Origin: Hyalangium minutum
GTDB taxonomy: Bacteria > Myxococcota > Myxococcia > Myxococcales > Myxococcaceae
Assembly: GCF_000737315.1 (NCBI RefSeq)
Contig: NZ_JMCB01000031.1
Location: forward strand, 20,808-84,807
DNA: 64,000 bases
Direction: 5' to 3'
This document shows, in pieces, positions 7,424 through 15,161 of this stretch. Every line of letters starts with the position of its first letter. The first letter of the stretch is position 1. A program made the position numbers and the translations under genes. The notes under the pieces are model-generated. The model did not search any database, was not told the DNA's origin, and was given only the letters and a program-made list of their open reading frames with translations.

Positions 7424-10393
7424 ATGCCTGCCCGACTCGCCCAACTCCTGGTTGCGCGCGGCCTCCTCCCGCAGGAGACGGTCGATGCCGCCCTGCGCCA
7501 GCAGCAGTCCAAGGGCGGGCTCATCGACACCGTCCTGCTGGAGACGGGCCGGCTGCGCGAGGCTGATCTGCTGAACCTGCTGGGCGAGGCCTCCGCCTTC
7601 CGCCCGGTGAACCTCGCGGACTTCGAGCCGAACGCCGAGGTCGCCACCCTCATCCCTCCGAAGATTGCCGAGCGGCTGTGCGTGGTGCCACTGTCGCTGG
7701 ACGGCAACACGCTCCACGTGGCGTGTGGCTTCCCGGTGCCGCGCAAAGAGCTGGACGAGGTGGGCTTCCTGCTCGGCAAGCCGCTGGAGCTGTGGGTGGC
7801 CACGGAGGTGCGCGTCCGCGAGTGGATCGCCTCCGTCTACAAGCAGCCGCTCCCCGAGCGCTTCTCGAGCCTGCTGGCTGCGCTCAACAAGCCGTCCACG
7901 GCCGCCGCGCCCACGCTGGCGCCTGCCGCTCCCGCCATGCCTCCGCCACCTCCGCCCGAAGCCATGGAGGAGGCCGAGGAGAGTGGGCTCACGCCCGAGG
8001 CGCTGGAGCGGATGGCGCGCTCGGTGGCCCAGGAGCCCGTCTCCCTCGAGAAGCAGGGTGGAAGCGCCGCACCTGCCGCGCCCGCCGCTTCCGCGCCTGC
8101 GGCGGCAGCGCCTCCGGCCGGCTCGGTTCCGCCACCCGCTTACACGCGCGAGCCGCTGCGCCTCAACATGCAGGCCGGGGCCCCCACACCCGCTGCCTCC
8201 GCATCCCCGCCCCAGCCCTCCGCGCGTCCGGCCGCTCCGGCCACGCCCCAGGCCGGCTCGGCTCCGCCGCCCGCCTACACGCGCGAGCCGCTCCGCCTCA
8301 ACATGCAGGCCGGGGCTCCCGCGGCTGCCACGCCCCAGGCTCCGAACGCCTCGCGTCCGGCGGCTCCCGCTGCTCCCGCCGCTCCCGCTGCTCCTGCCGC
8401 AGGTTCGGTGCCTCCGCCGGCCTACGCGCGTGAGCCGCTGCGCCTCAACATGCCGGCCCCGCAGGCTCCGGCTTCCCCTCCGGCCCAGCCGCCACCGCCA
8501 CCGGCCGCGAGCACGGCCGCCCCCCGTGCTCCCGCAGCTGCTCCCACCGCTGGAGCCACGCCGCAGCGGACTCCCATCACGCAGCCGGGCTTCCCGATGA
8601 CGCCCGCTCCGTCGATGCCGAAGGAGCCGCAGTTCCTCGTCTTCAGCAACCCGGCGCCCGCGATTCCTGCCCCGCGCCGCCCGATGACGCAGCCCGACTT
8701 CCCGATGCCCACGGCGGAGGCCGCTCCCACCGCGACGCCCGCTCCGGTTCCGAGCGCGGCCGCAGTTCTCACCCCCGCGCCCGTTCCCATCACCTCGCTC
8801 GCGCCCGGGGCGGCCGCGCCGCAGCCTCCGAGGCCCGCCGCGCCCGCGAGCCAGGAGGCGCCAGACTGGACGCTGGCCCAGGCACGCGCCGCGCTGAAGG
8901 ACGCCACGCGGGACAGAGATCGCCTCATTGACGTGGCCCTGCGCTTCGGGCGTCGCACGTTCGACTACGTGGCCGCCTTCGCCATCGTCCGCGGCACCGC
9001 AGGAGGCTGGGAGGCCCGTGGCGAAGGCATGACGGGCGAGCAGCTGTCGCAGGTGTCCATTCCGCTCGACGCCAGCAGCGTCTTCCGCACCGTCGCCGTC
9101 ACCCGGGGCAGCTATGCGGGTCCCCTGCCGCCGGACGCGCTCAGCAAGCACTACGTGGAGCTGTTCGGCCGCCAGTCGCCGCGCGCTATCTTCCTCTACC
9201 CGGTGGAGGTGCGCGGCCGGCTCGTGGCGCTGCTGTACGGAGACTGCGGCCAGAAGCCCATCAGCCAGCGGCGCATGTCCGACTTCATGCTGTTCTGCCA
9301 GGACATGCCGAGCGCCTTCCAGGAGCTCATCCTCTTCCGCAAGCAGCGGATGACGGAGCTGCGCGCGCCGGACCTCGCCGAGGCGCTGGGGACTCCTCCC
9401 ACGGCCTCCCCAGCTCCCGCGCCCGCGGTGGTGGCGGGCCTGGGCTGGAGCCCGTTCTCCGGGCGCACGAGCGGCTCCCTGGGCCGCGCCGCGACGATGC
9501 CTCCGCGCGTGACGAGCGAGGAGCGCCCGCCTCCGGACTTCGCCCCGCTGATCAAGCGCCTCACCGGACCGGACGCCGCTCAGCGCACCGGCGCCATGGC
9601 CGAGCTGGCCCGCACGCCCGAGGCCAGCGCGCGCGTGCTGGCGGCGAACTTCCCGGGCCCCACTGCTTGGAGCCGTCTGCCCGTGGTGGACCTCCCCGAG
9701 GCGGATGAGCTGGGCCCCATCCCCGCCGCGCTGTCCCGGCTGGGCCGGTCCGCGGCACAGGCGCTGGCCCCGCTGCTGGACTCGGCAGACCCGGACACGC
9801 GCTACTTCGCGCTGCTCACCGCGGGCAACCTGGCCTACGTGGAGCTGGTGGACGGCGTGCTGCGCGGGCTGTTCGATCTCGAGCCGGACATCTCCAGCGC
9901 CGCGCGCGTGGCGGCCTCCGCGCTCAAGCACCTGCCCCGCTTCGACGCGGCGATGCGCGACTTGCGCCAGGAGCTGACCAACCGCGATCCGCTGCGGCGC
10001 TCGCTGGCGGCACGCGCCCTGGGCTCGCTGCACGACCGGGATGCCATCGAGGGCCTCATCAACCTCACGGGCAGCGACGACGAGATGTGCGCCGAGGCCG
10101 CCGCCGAGGCCCTGCGCGAAATCACCCGCGCGACGCTGGGCCGGCAGCCCCGGCAGTGGACGGCGTGGTGGGCGGAGAACCGCACGCGCCGCCGGGCGGA
10201 CTGGCTCGTGGTGGCGCTGCGGCACAAGGAGCTGGACGTGCGGCTGGCGGCGATTGAAGAGCTCAGCCGCGCGCTCAGCGACACCCTGGGCTACTACGCG
10301 GATGCTCCCGAGTCCGAGCGCGAGATGGCGGTGCGCCGCTGGGAGGCCGCGGCCGTGGATCCCGCCCGAGCCCGGAGGCTGGGCGCGCTCTAA
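7424..10393 (+). CDS. frgA: FrgA-like protein: GSPII_N/MshEN-like N-terminus, Pro/Ala repeats, GAF-like region, HEAT repeats
   Basis: RLAQLLVARGLL...LRQQ, IAERLCVVPL, and C-terminal HEAT repeats (RSLAARALG, RLAAIEEL). It lies upstream of a His kinase and a sigma54 regulator, as in the M. xanthus frg operon. The symbol is from recall. Confidence 0.6.
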   Translation: MPARLAQLLVARGLLPQETVDAALRQQQSKGGLIDTVLLETGRLREADLLNLLGEASAFRPVNLADFEPNAEVATLIPPKIAERLCVVPLSLDGNTLHVACGFPVPRKELDEVGFLLGKPLELWVATEVRVREWIASVYKQPLPERFSSLLAALNKPSTAAAPTLAPAAPAMPPPPPPEAMEEAEESGLTPEALERMARSVAQEPVSLEKQGGSAAPAAPAASAPAAAAPPAGSVPPPAYTREPLRLNMQAGAPTPAASASPPQPSARPAAPATPQAGSAPPPAYTREPLRLNMQAGAPAAATPQAPNASRPAAPAAPAAPAAPAAGSVPPPAYAREPLRLNMPAPQAPASPPAQPPPPPAASTAAPRAPAAAPTAGATPQRTPITQPGFPMTPAPSMPKEPQFLVFSNPAPAIPAPRRPMTQPDFPMPTAEAAPTATPAPVPSAAAVLTPAPVPITSLAPGAAAPQPPRPAAPASQEAPDWTLAQARAALKDATRDRDRLIDVALRFGRRTFDYVAAFAIVRGTAGGWEARGEGMTGEQLSQVSIPLDASSVFRTVAVTRGSYAGPLPPDALSKHYVELFGRQSPRAIFLYPVEVRGRLVALLYGDCGQKPISQRRMSDFMLFCQDMPSAFQELILFRKQRMTELRAPDLAEALGTPPTASPAPAPAVVAGLGWSPFSGRTSGSLGRAATMPPRVTSEERPPPDFAPLIKRLTGPDAAQRTGAMAELARTPEASARVLAANFPGPTAWSRLPVVDLPEADELGPIPAALSRLGRSAAQALAPLLDSADPDTRYFALLTAGNLAYVELVDGVLRGLFDLEPDISSAARVAASALKHLPRFDAAMRDLRQELTNRDPLRRSLAARALGSLHDRDAIEGLINLTGSDDEMCAEAAAEALREITRATLGRQPRQWTAWWAENRTRRRADWLVVALRHKELDVRLAAIEELSRALSDTLGYYADAPESEREMAVRRWEAAAVDPARARRLGAL
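8120..8455 (+). repeat. Three intragenic GS(V/A)PPPAY(T/A)REPLRLNM repeats
   Basis: Copies start at about 8120, 8255 and 8402. Confidence 0.9.
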
Positions 10394-10396
10394 ACC

Positions 10397-11761
10397 ATGC
10401 AAGAGACCTACGACTCCCTGCTCAAGGCAGCACGTGAAGCCCTCGACGGCCAGGATGCACAGAAGGCCTTCTCCGTGTTCCGCCGCGTGCTGGAGTATCC
10501 GGGGGCTCAGGAGCTGGATCACTCCTCGCGCTGGAAGGAGGCGTGGGAGCTCTTCGCGGACATCGCGACGCCCATCGCCGGGGAGGAGTTCGCGGCCATC
10601 GTCCGCCAGGCCGCGCAGGACGAGCGCGACGTCCAGGCGCTGTACAACCTGGGGTATCAGCTCATCGAGCAGTCGCTGCACGGCATGGCGGCCACGGTGC
10701 TGCTGCGCGCGCACCTGCTCGTCCCGGGCGCGGAGCCCATGGTGACGGAGCTCGTCGTCGCCCTGGAGGGCATGGGCGCCCACGCGGAGGCGGCCCGGCT
10801 GCTGCAGGCCCAGCCGCAGCTCGTCCAGAGCAGCTTCATGTGCCGCTACCTGCTGGCCTACAACGCGCTGATGTCCGGGGACGTGGACGAGACGCGCCGG
10901 CTGGCACCCGGGCTGGAGTCGCTGCTCGCGCGCTCCGGAGCGGAGGAAGAGCAAGCCCAGGCGTTCGCCGGCATGAAGGAGCGCATCCACCAGATGCTCG
11001 CCCGTGCGGATGCGCTCCAGGGCGTGTCGCCGCTCGACAAGAAGGACCTGCGCGGGTGGCACTTCGTGACGACGGGCGGCGTGCTGCTGCACCTGTCACC
11101 CTACGGCTTCGACGAGGGAATGACGGGGCGGTACGCCTTCCTCCAGGACTCACAGGCGCTGTGCCTGGAGGGCATCCGGCGGGTGGAGGCAGTGCTGGAC
11201 CAGGCGGGGCGCAAGCCTCCGCGCGTCTTCGTCCTGCCGGACCGGCACAGCGCCATCCTCGCCCACGCCACGGCGCGGGTGCTCGGCCTTCCCACCGAGC
11301 CCTGGCCCGAGCAGGGCAGCGACGCACCCGGGCTCATCGTCGCGTATGACGTGTTGTCGCTGGAGGTACCGCTGCTCCAGACACTCAGGACGCATCGGCC
11401 GGGGCAGGTGCTCTGGAGCCACGCCACGCAGTGGACAGAGGAAGCTCCCTTCGCCGCGGACCTGACGACGTTCCTGTACCAGCAGAACACCTCGCCCTGG
11501 GGCGAGCGCCTCCGGGTCAACCCAGAGACTCAGAAGGTCGAGCGCACCGCTCCCACCGAGGGCACTGTGGAGGCGCTGGCCGAAGAAGTCCCCTCCGCCC
11601 TGTTGGAGGACACCGCGCTGGCGGACCTGCCCGAGCTGACGAAGCGGGTGGCGGCCATGGCTCAGGTGAAGGGTGACGCGGCGGGCGGCCTGTTCCGCGA
11701 GCAGGGCCACCGGCGCCGAAGCCTCACGGACTCGCCCGTGAAGAGCAACCGCTTCAATTAA
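10397..11761 (+). CDS. Hypothetical TPR-like protein
   Basis: 454 aa; helical N-terminal half (ALYNLGYQL, CRYLLAYNAL); 3 bp after the upstream stop. Confidence 0.7.
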   Translation: MQETYDSLLKAAREALDGQDAQKAFSVFRRVLEYPGAQELDHSSRWKEAWELFADIATPIAGEEFAAIVRQAAQDERDVQALYNLGYQLIEQSLHGMAATVLLRAHLLVPGAEPMVTELVVALEGMGAHAEAARLLQAQPQLVQSSFMCRYLLAYNALMSGDVDETRRLAPGLESLLARSGAEEEQAQAFAGMKERIHQMLARADALQGVSPLDKKDLRGWHFVTTGGVLLHLSPYGFDEGMTGRYAFLQDSQALCLEGIRRVEAVLDQAGRKPPRVFVLPDRHSAILAHATARVLGLPTEPWPEQGSDAPGLIVAYDVLSLEVPLLQTLRTHRPGQVLWSHATQWTEEAPFAADLTTFLYQQNTSPWGERLRVNPETQKVERTAPTEGTVEALAEEVPSALLEDTALADLPELTKRVAAMAQVKGDAAGGLFREQGHRRRSLTDSPVKSNRFN

Positions 11762-11773
11762 CAGGAGCCGGGG

Positions 11774-13327
11774 ATGAACGAGTCCGCCTGGCTGAGCCTC
11801 GCGGCGTGCACGGGACAGCTCGCGCTGGCGGGGCTGGCTCTGGCGCGCGTGGGCAAGAGCCCCCTGGCCCTGCCCCTCTCCCTGCTGTCCATCGCCCTGT
11901 CCACGTGGAACTTCGCCCACTTCGCCTATGCCGTCTCGGGCGAGGAGGGCTGGCGGCTCGTGGCGCTGACGGCCACCATCATCACGGCTCCCTGCGCGGC
12001 GCACTTCATCCTCGCCTTCACCGGCCAGCGCCGCCGCTTCGCCCCGCTCATCTACTCCACCTACGGCCTCTTCGGCCTGTTCGCCGTCGTGGCGCTGTCC
12101 GCCCTGGGCTCGCCGTGGGTGGCCGTGCGAGCCACCTCGCTCACCTTCTCGCGCCTCACCATGGCGCTCGTCACCCTGCTGCTGGGCGGCGGCTGGGCCC
12201 TGCTGGTGCTCCACCTGCGCCGGGCGCCCAGCCTGGAGGAGCGCATCCGCACCGGCCTGCTCCTGCTGGGCCTGGTGCTCCTGGTGGCGCTGCCCGGCAC
12301 GGATTTAATGGCGGACCTGGGCTTCAACGTGCCCCGGCTCGGCACCCTGGGCACCCTGCTGGGCCTGCCCGTCATGGCCACCGTGGCCCTGCGCTTCCAG
12401 CTGTTCGGCAAGGCCCTGTCCAGCGAAGCGGCGCTGTACGCGGTGACGCTCGCGGTGGTGGGCGTGCTGGCCTACCTCATCGTCTTCCGCCTCTTCGCCG
12501 CCGAGCAGGGCGCCCTCGTGGTGGGCACCGCCGCCATCACCTTCGCCCTGCTGGCCGCCGCGCGCCGGGTCGTCAGCGCGCTCGTCACCCAGCGCGAGCG
12601 CCTGGAGCGCCTGGCCACCCTGGGCCGCTTCTCCGCGCAGATGGCGCACGACTTGAAGAACCCCATCGCCGCGCTCAAGGGCGCCGCGCAGTTCCTCAAG
12701 GAGGAGCACGCGCAGGGCCGCCCCTGGGACGACAAGGGAGACTTCCTGGACTTGCTGCTGGAGCAGGTGGAGCGGCTGGATCGGGTGGTGAGCACCTACC
12801 AGCGCCTCGGGCGCGTGGAGCCGCTGCCCCGGCCGCTGGACTTGAACCAGCTGGTGGAGGACGTGCTGTCGCTCCAGGCCTTCACCGGGTACGCCAGCGT
12901 GAAGCGGGAGCACAGCTTGGAGAAGGACTTGCCGAAGTGCTCGGGGGACTACGACTTGCTGGCCAACGCGCTGGAGAACCTGGTGCGCAACGCCTGCGAG
13001 GCCATGCCCCAGGGTGGCACCCTGATGGTCCGCACGCAGCGTGAGAGCACGGACAGAGCGGGAGTGGTGGTGAGTGTGGAGGACACCGGCGAGGGCATGG
13101 ACGCCCGCACCCGCGAGCGGGCCTTCGACGAGTTCTTCACCACCAAGGCCTCGGGGAGCGGGCTGGGGCTGGCCTTCGTGCGGCGGGTGGTGGAGGCGCA
13201 CGGGGGCGAGGTGTCGCTGACGAGCCGGGAGGGGCGCGGTACCATCGTGAGCCTGCGCCTGCCCTGTACGGCAGCGCCCGAGGGCGTTGCCGCCCCTGGA
13301 GAAGGAGCACCGTGGCCGAGCCGCTGA
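11774..13327 (+). CDS. Multi-TM sensor histidine kinase (FrgB-like)
   Basis: About 7-8 TM segments, MAHDLKNP H-box, NLVRNA, DTGEG, FFTTK, GSGLGL. Confidence 0.92.
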   Translation: MNESAWLSLAACTGQLALAGLALARVGKSPLALPLSLLSIALSTWNFAHFAYAVSGEEGWRLVALTATIITAPCAAHFILAFTGQRRRFAPLIYSTYGLFGLFAVVALSALGSPWVAVRATSLTFSRLTMALVTLLLGGGWALLVLHLRRAPSLEERIRTGLLLLGLVLLVALPGTDLMADLGFNVPRLGTLGTLLGLPVMATVALRFQLFGKALSSEAALYAVTLAVVGVLAYLIVFRLFAAEQGALVVGTAAITFALLAAARRVVSALVTQRERLERLATLGRFSAQMAHDLKNPIAALKGAAQFLKEEHAQGRPWDDKGDFLDLLLEQVERLDRVVSTYQRLGRVEPLPRPLDLNQLVEDVLSLQAFTGYASVKREHSLEKDLPKCSGDYDLLANALENLVRNACEAMPQGGTLMVRTQRESTDRAGVVVSVEDTGEGMDARTRERAFDEFFTTKASGSGLGLAFVRRVVEAHGGEVSLTSREGRGTIVSLRLPCTAAPEGVAAPGEGAPWPSR

Positions 13328-14712
13328 AGGGAAGCGTGTTGCTGGTGGACGATGACCCCGCCGTGGCCAAGGTGCTCGGCGCGCTGCTGGTGCAGGCGGG
13401 GCTCACGGTGCACACGGCCAAGAGCGGAGCCGAGGCGCTGAGCCTGCTGGGCCAGAAGCCCATCGACGTGGTGGTGAGCGACGTGCGGATGCCGGGCATG
13501 AACGGCCTGGAGCTGCTCGGCGAGGTGACGCGGCTGTACCCGGATGTGCCCATCGTCCTGATGACGGCGCACGGCACGGTGCCCATGGCGGTGGAGGCCA
13601 TGAAGGCGGGCGCGGCGGACTTCATCCTCAAGCCGTTCGACCGGGAGGAGATCCTCTTCACCATCCGCAAGGCGCTGCTGCGGGCGCAGGGGGACGTGGA
13701 GCGCTCGCCGCTGAAGACGAGCGCCTTCGTGGGGCGCAGCGCGGCGATGGCCGAGGTGGAGGCGCTGCTGACACGGGCGGCCACGGGCACGGCGACGGTG
13801 CTGGTGCGCGGCGAGTCCGGCACGGGCAAGGAGCTGGCGGCGAAGGTGGTGCACGACGCCAGCCCCCGGCGCTCGGGCCCCTTCGTGAAGCTGCACTGCG
13901 CGGCGCTGCCGGAGACGCTGCTGGAGAGCGAGCTGTTCGGCTACGAGAAGGGCGCCTTCACCGGGGCGGCCACGCGCAAGCCCGGCCGGGTGGAGCTGGC
14001 GAACGGGGGCACGCTCTTCCTGGATGAGATTGGCGACATCTCCCTGCACGTGCAGGTGAAGCTGCTGCGGCTGCTGCAAGAGCGCGAGTTCGAGCGCCTG
14101 GGAGGCACGCAGACGCTGAAGGTGGACGTGCGCTTCGTGGCGGCCACGCACCGGCCGCTCGAGGAGATGGTGAAGAAGGGCGAGTTCCGCGAGGACCTCT
14201 TCTACCGGCTGAACGTAGTGCCGGTGTGGATACCGCCGCTGCGGGCGCGGCCGGAGGACATCGAGCCGCTGGCCCGGCACTTCCTCGAGGTGCACGCCAA
14301 GGCCAACGGGCGGCCGCCCTTCACGCTGACGGCGGACGCGCTCCAGGCGCTGCAGGCCCAGCCATGGCCAGGCAACGTGCGCCAGGTGCAGAACTTCATG
14401 GAGCGGCTGGTGGTGCTCTCAGACGGGCCCTCGCTCACGGGCGAGGACGTGGCGCGCGAGCTGGCCCGGCAGCCGGGGCTGATGCCCACGGGCTTCCAGG
14501 CTCAGACCGCTCCCCCGAGCACGACTGCACCGGCGGCGGTGACCCCAGGGAGCGAGCCGAAGACCTTGGAATCCCAGCGGCGTGACACCGAGCGCCAGGC
14601 CCTGCTGGATGCGCTGAAGCGCGCCGGGGACAACCGCACCCTCGCCGCGCGCCTTCTGGGGATCAGCCGCCGCACCCTCTACAACAAGCTCGAGGAGCAG
14701 GGACTGCTCTGA
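13312..14712 (+). CDS. Sigma54-dependent response regulator, NtrC family (FrgC-like)
   Basis: REC domain (LLVDDD, SDVRMP), GESGTGKE, GAFTGA, C-terminal Fis-type HTH. Confidence 0.95.
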   Translation: MAEPLKGSVLLVDDDPAVAKVLGALLVQAGLTVHTAKSGAEALSLLGQKPIDVVVSDVRMPGMNGLELLGEVTRLYPDVPIVLMTAHGTVPMAVEAMKAGAADFILKPFDREEILFTIRKALLRAQGDVERSPLKTSAFVGRSAAMAEVEALLTRAATGTATVLVRGESGTGKELAAKVVHDASPRRSGPFVKLHCAALPETLLESELFGYEKGAFTGAATRKPGRVELANGGTLFLDEIGDISLHVQVKLLRLLQEREFERLGGTQTLKVDVRFVAATHRPLEEMVKKGEFREDLFYRLNVVPVWIPPLRARPEDIEPLARHFLEVHAKANGRPPFTLTADALQALQAQPWPGNVRQVQNFMERLVVLSDGPSLTGEDVARELARQPGLMPTGFQAQTAPPSTTAPAAVTPGSEPKTLESQRRDTERQALLDALKRAGDNRTLAARLLGISRRTLYNKLEEQGLL

Positions 14713-14767
14713 CAGGGTTGGTGGGACTGACCCGTTTTCCCGCATTAAAAAGAATTTCTAAGTCCTA

Positions 14768-14796
14768 TTGACTTCCAGTCTTGTTTGATTTTTACT
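14768..14796 (+). promoter_or_regulatory. Candidate sigma70-type promoter of the precursor gene
   Basis: TTGACT-17 bp-TTTACT, preceded by the AT-rich tract ATTAAAAAGAATTTCTAA. The -10 match is weak. Confidence 0.4.
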
Positions 14797-14844
14797 GCAT
14801 CCACCTCGAACGCTTCCGAGGCAACCCACCACAAGGGGACCCCC

Positions 14845-15054
14845 ATGAACGAGACCATCCAGGATATCCGCAGCAAGGTGCAGGATCTGCTGAACCGCGC
14901 GCAGGTGGATGCCAGCTTCCGTCAGTCGATGCAGATGAACCCCGCTGCGGCTCTCTGCACCGCGGGTGTCCCCAATGCAGTTGCCCTCGTGTCCCAGGAC
15001 GAGATCGCTGACTGCTCCTGGACCTGCCTCTGGACCTGTTCCTGGACGAGCTAG
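14845..15054 (+). CDS. Lanthipeptide precursor with NHLP-clan-like leader and core ending CSWTCLWTCSWTS
   Basis: AAGGGG RBS; 69 aa; leader RAQVDASFRQSMQMNPAAAL; Cys/Ser/Thr-rich C-terminus; directly upstream of the synthetase. Confidence 0.85.
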   Translation: MNETIQDIRSKVQDLLNRAQVDASFRQSMQMNPAAALCTAGVPNAVALVSQDEIADCSWTCLWTCSWTS

Positions 15055-15087
15055 TCCTCCAGGGATAACGCAGGCTTCGAATGTATC

Positions 15088-15134
15088 GAGCGCGGGTAAA
15101 GGGTGTAAAAACCCTGAACCCGCGCTCTTTTTTT
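15088..15134 (+). terminator. Intrinsic terminator/attenuator between precursor and synthetase
   Basis: GAGCGCGGGT/ACCCGCGCTC outer stem, AGGGT/ACCCT inner stem, then T7. Confidence 0.8.
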
Positions 15135-15161
15135 GTCCTCTGCACCGCGGGTTGGAGGTAG

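Noticed and set aside
7358-11092. 1244-aa minus-strand ORF
   Set aside because: Antisense shadow of the frgA-like and TPR genes; Arg/Gly-rich, no motifs; typical of high-GC3 DNA.
14785-14844. Upstream start giving an 89-aa precursor
   Set aside because: A TTG start in the promoter region with no RBS; ATG 14845 has AAGGGG at proper spacing.
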